This document shows, one piece after another, positions 4,477-6,199 of a stretch of 6,199 nucleotides of DNA. Origin of the DNA: Candidatus Woesearchaeota archaeon (GTDB lineage Archaea > Nanobdellota > Nanobdellia > Nanobdellales > Nanobdellaceae); assembly GCA_964468425.1 (NCBI GenBank), contig CAYXSZ010000006.1, positions 1 to 6,199 of the forward strand, read 5' to 3'. The stretch's first letter is position 1. Each line of letters begins with the position of its first letter. Position numbers and translations under genes: made by a program. Below the pieces are notes generated by a model. That model was not told the DNA's origin, did not search any database, and worked only from the letters and a program-made list of their open reading frames with translations.

Positions 4477-6199
4477 TTTTTTCCTGATACCTTCTAAAAT
4501 CAGCTTTTTCTCTGCTCTGAATACCGTTTCTCTAATAAGTTCTATCGCGTCGGGATTCACAGAAATGGAGTCAATTCCATACCTAACAAGCTTTTCAGCG
4601 TATTCTGGATCAGATCCTGCCTGTCCACAAATCGAAGTATATACATTATGTTTCTTAGCGATTCTTATAACTCTTCTAATTTGTTTTAGAACTGCTGGGT
4701 GTTTTTCTGAGTGTATTTTTTGAACTATTTCATTATTTCTATCAACTCCTAAAGTTAGCTGGGTTAAATCGTTTGTTCCAAATGAAATGAACTTGATTCT
4801 TGTTCTTCTAATGATGTCTTCTATCGTCAGAGCGGCGGCTGGAGTTTCCACCATTACCCCTATCTTAGCATCTTTGTTTGGAGATATTCCTGTTCTTTTA
4901 ACATATTTTATAGCTCTTTTTACTTCTTTCCAGCTAACTACAAAGGGAAACATTATCCAAACGTTCTTGAAGCCATAGTCTTTTATTAATTGTTCGTATG
5001 CTTGTAGTTCTGCCTCAAAAAGTTCTGGTTGGTCTAAGGATCTCCTAATTCCGTGCCAACCAAGCATAGGGTTTGCTTCTTTTGGATCATTTTCCCCTCC
5101 TTCAAGGTTTCTATATTCATCAGTACGCATATCCAGAGTTCTAATTATAACTGGTTTTGGATCCATCAGGCTTAGAATCTCCCTTAGCTTTTCTACGAGA
5201 AAATCAGTGTATTCTTCAAGCTTTTTGTTGTTTAAAAACCATACAGGATGTTTGCCTCCTTGCGCGATTAAAAACTCTAATCTGAGCAATCCGATTCCAT
5301 CTACGAGATGTCCATACTTCTTAACTACACCAGAATGTGTAGCAATTAGCATGATTTTCGTAGCCGTTATTGGTTTGAAGCTAGTCAATCTAGTACTTTC
5401 TAAAACTTCTCTTTTATCCTCTTCAATTTCGATAGAACCTTCGTAAACAACTCCGTGCGAACCGTCAACGGTAATAATCATACCGTCTTTTAAGATCCTC
5501 GTGGCTTCACCAGTTCCAACTACACAAGGTTTTCCGAGTTCTCTCGAAACTATAGCAGCGTGACAGTTTGCTCCTCCTTCGTCAGTTACTATTGCAGAAG
5601 ATTTAGCCATCAAAGGCTCGAAATCTGGATTTGTCATCTTAGCTACCAGTACTTCGCCTTCCTGAAACTTATCAAAGTCCTCTGGACCGAGAACCAACCG
5701 CGCTTTCCCAGTTCCTACACCCGGGCTCGCGGGAATTCCTTTTAGTAAAACTTTTCCTTTAATTTCTTTCTTTTCTGGAGAAACTGTCTTTCCTACAGTT
5801 GTAATAGCTCTAGTTTGAACGATATAAATTCCAGTATCGTCTATAGCAAACTCTATATCTTGGGGTTTTCCGTAATGTTTTTCTAATCTTATTGCAAGAC
5901 TCGCAAGCGTTATTACTTCTTCATCTGAAAGAACTCTTTCTCTTCTTAACTCTTCTGGAACTTCTTTCGTGACAGTTTGTCTAAGCTCCTCGTCATAAAT
6001 AGTTTGAACCCTTTTTTCGTTTATTATAACGTTTTTTATTTGGAGCGAATTTTTATCTACGATGTACTCATCTGGAGTAACCTCTCCAGATACTATTGCT
6101 TCTCCGAGTCCCCAAGAAGCTTCTATCACAATTTCAGAGCAATCATTTGTAATTGGATTACAAGAAAACATAACTCCCGATTTCTTTGAATGAACTTGC
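4468..6199 (-). CDS. ppsA: Phosphoenolpyruvate synthase (pyruvate, water dikinase), partial; the 5' end lies beyond the right edge
   Basis: Motifs seen are the phosphohistidine swivel motif TDEGGANCHAAIVSRELGKPCVVG, the C-terminal PEP-utilising TIM-barrel motifs IRTLDMRTDEY, NPMLGWHGIRR and FISFGTNDLTQLTLGVDR, and the active-site Cys in SICGQAGSDPEYA. The frame stays open upstream of the ORF-track Met (…QVHSKKSGV-MFSCNP…) up to position 6198. This matches the conserved SGVMFT…ASWGLGE region in the middle of the ATP-grasp part of PpsA, so the Met at 6171 is internal. Confidence 0.95.
   Translation of the reverse strand, partial: QVHSKKSGVMFSCNPITNDCSEIVIEASWGLGEAIVSGEVTPDEYIVDKNSLQIKNVIINEKRVQTIYDEELRQTVTKEVPEELRRERVLSDEEVITLASLAIRLEKHYGKPQDIEFAIDDTGIYIVQTRAITTVGKTVSPEKKEIKGKVLLKGIPASPGVGTGKARLVLGPEDFDKFQEGEVLVAKMTNPDFEPLMAKSSAIVTDEGGANCHAAIVSRELGKPCVVGTGEATRILKDGMIITVDGSHGVVYEGSIEIEEDKREVLESTRLTSFKPITATKIMLIATHSGVVKKYGHLVDGIGLLRLEFLIAQGGKHPVWFLNNKKLEEYTDFLVEKLREILSLMDPKPVIIRTLDMRTDEYRNLEGGENDPKEANPMLGWHGIRRSLDQPELFEAELQAYEQLIKDYGFKNVWIMFPFVVSWKEVKRAIKYVKRTGISPNKDAKIGVMVETPAAALTIEDIIRRTRIKFISFGTNDLTQLTLGVDRNNEIVQKIHSEKHPAVLKQIRRVIRIAKKHNVYTSICGQAGSDPEYAEKLVRYGIDSISVNPDAIELIRETVFRAEKKLILEGIRKKII

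Noticed and set aside
4787-6189. Four + strand ORFs of 61-79 aa (4787-4978, 5207-5446, 5560-5745, 5977-6189)
   Set aside because: All lie fully antisense within the strongly supported PEP synthase CDS. Their products are low-complexity and hydrophobic, typical of shadow ORFs, and none has promoter or family support.
4468-6199. An intein, frameshift or truncation in PEP synthase (some archaeal ppsA genes carry inteins)
   Set aside because: The visible ~577 codons are colinear with the expected PpsA motif order, and their length fits an intein-free enzyme. There are no internal stops.
1-6199. A mobile element, integration site, defence island or CRISPR array within the window
   Set aside because: I recognised no transposase, integrase, recombinase, Cas, restriction/modification or toxin-antitoxin-like ORF. 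I found no terminal inverted repeats flanking a gene block, and no periodically spaced repeat array. The single CRISPR-repeat-like 29-mer at 30-58 has no second copy in the window.

Overview
This window is AT-rich and gene-dense, and it reads as an ordinary archaeal chromosomal segment. Two things support that: A/T-rich TATA boxes sit about 25 nt upstream of ATG codons with no Shine-Dalgarno, and there is a two-domain thioredoxin-fold protein of the type found in thermophilic archaea. I can support seven CDSs. (1) An orphan protein of about 191 aa on the + strand. (2) A PDO/glutaredoxin-like thioredoxin-fold protein on the - strand. (3) A small ArsR-family wHTH regulator on the + strand, divergent from (2). 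(4) An uncharacterised 177-aa ORF 6 nt downstream of the regulator. (5) An alpha/beta hydrolase on the - strand. (6) A single-domain T2SS-F/TadC/FlaJ-like membrane platform protein on the - strand. (7) The C-terminal ~577 codons of PEP synthase on the - strand, which run off the right edge. I recognised no rRNA, tRNA, transposase, integrase, IS termini or in-window CRISPR array. I cannot identify a defined novel system from sequence alone. The least explained parts are: the 340-nt convergent spacer (694-1034), which holds a perfect 11-bp hairpin and a possible small RNA; the regulator/redox-protein pair sharing one palindromic TATA plus a 9-bp inverted repeat; the 177-aa and ~191-aa orphan ORFs; an orphan pilus-platform-like gene with no ATPase partner; the repeats in the 2547-2722 spacer; and an ambiguous left edge (1-105). 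All coordinates and pairings were worked out by hand. No database searches were run.
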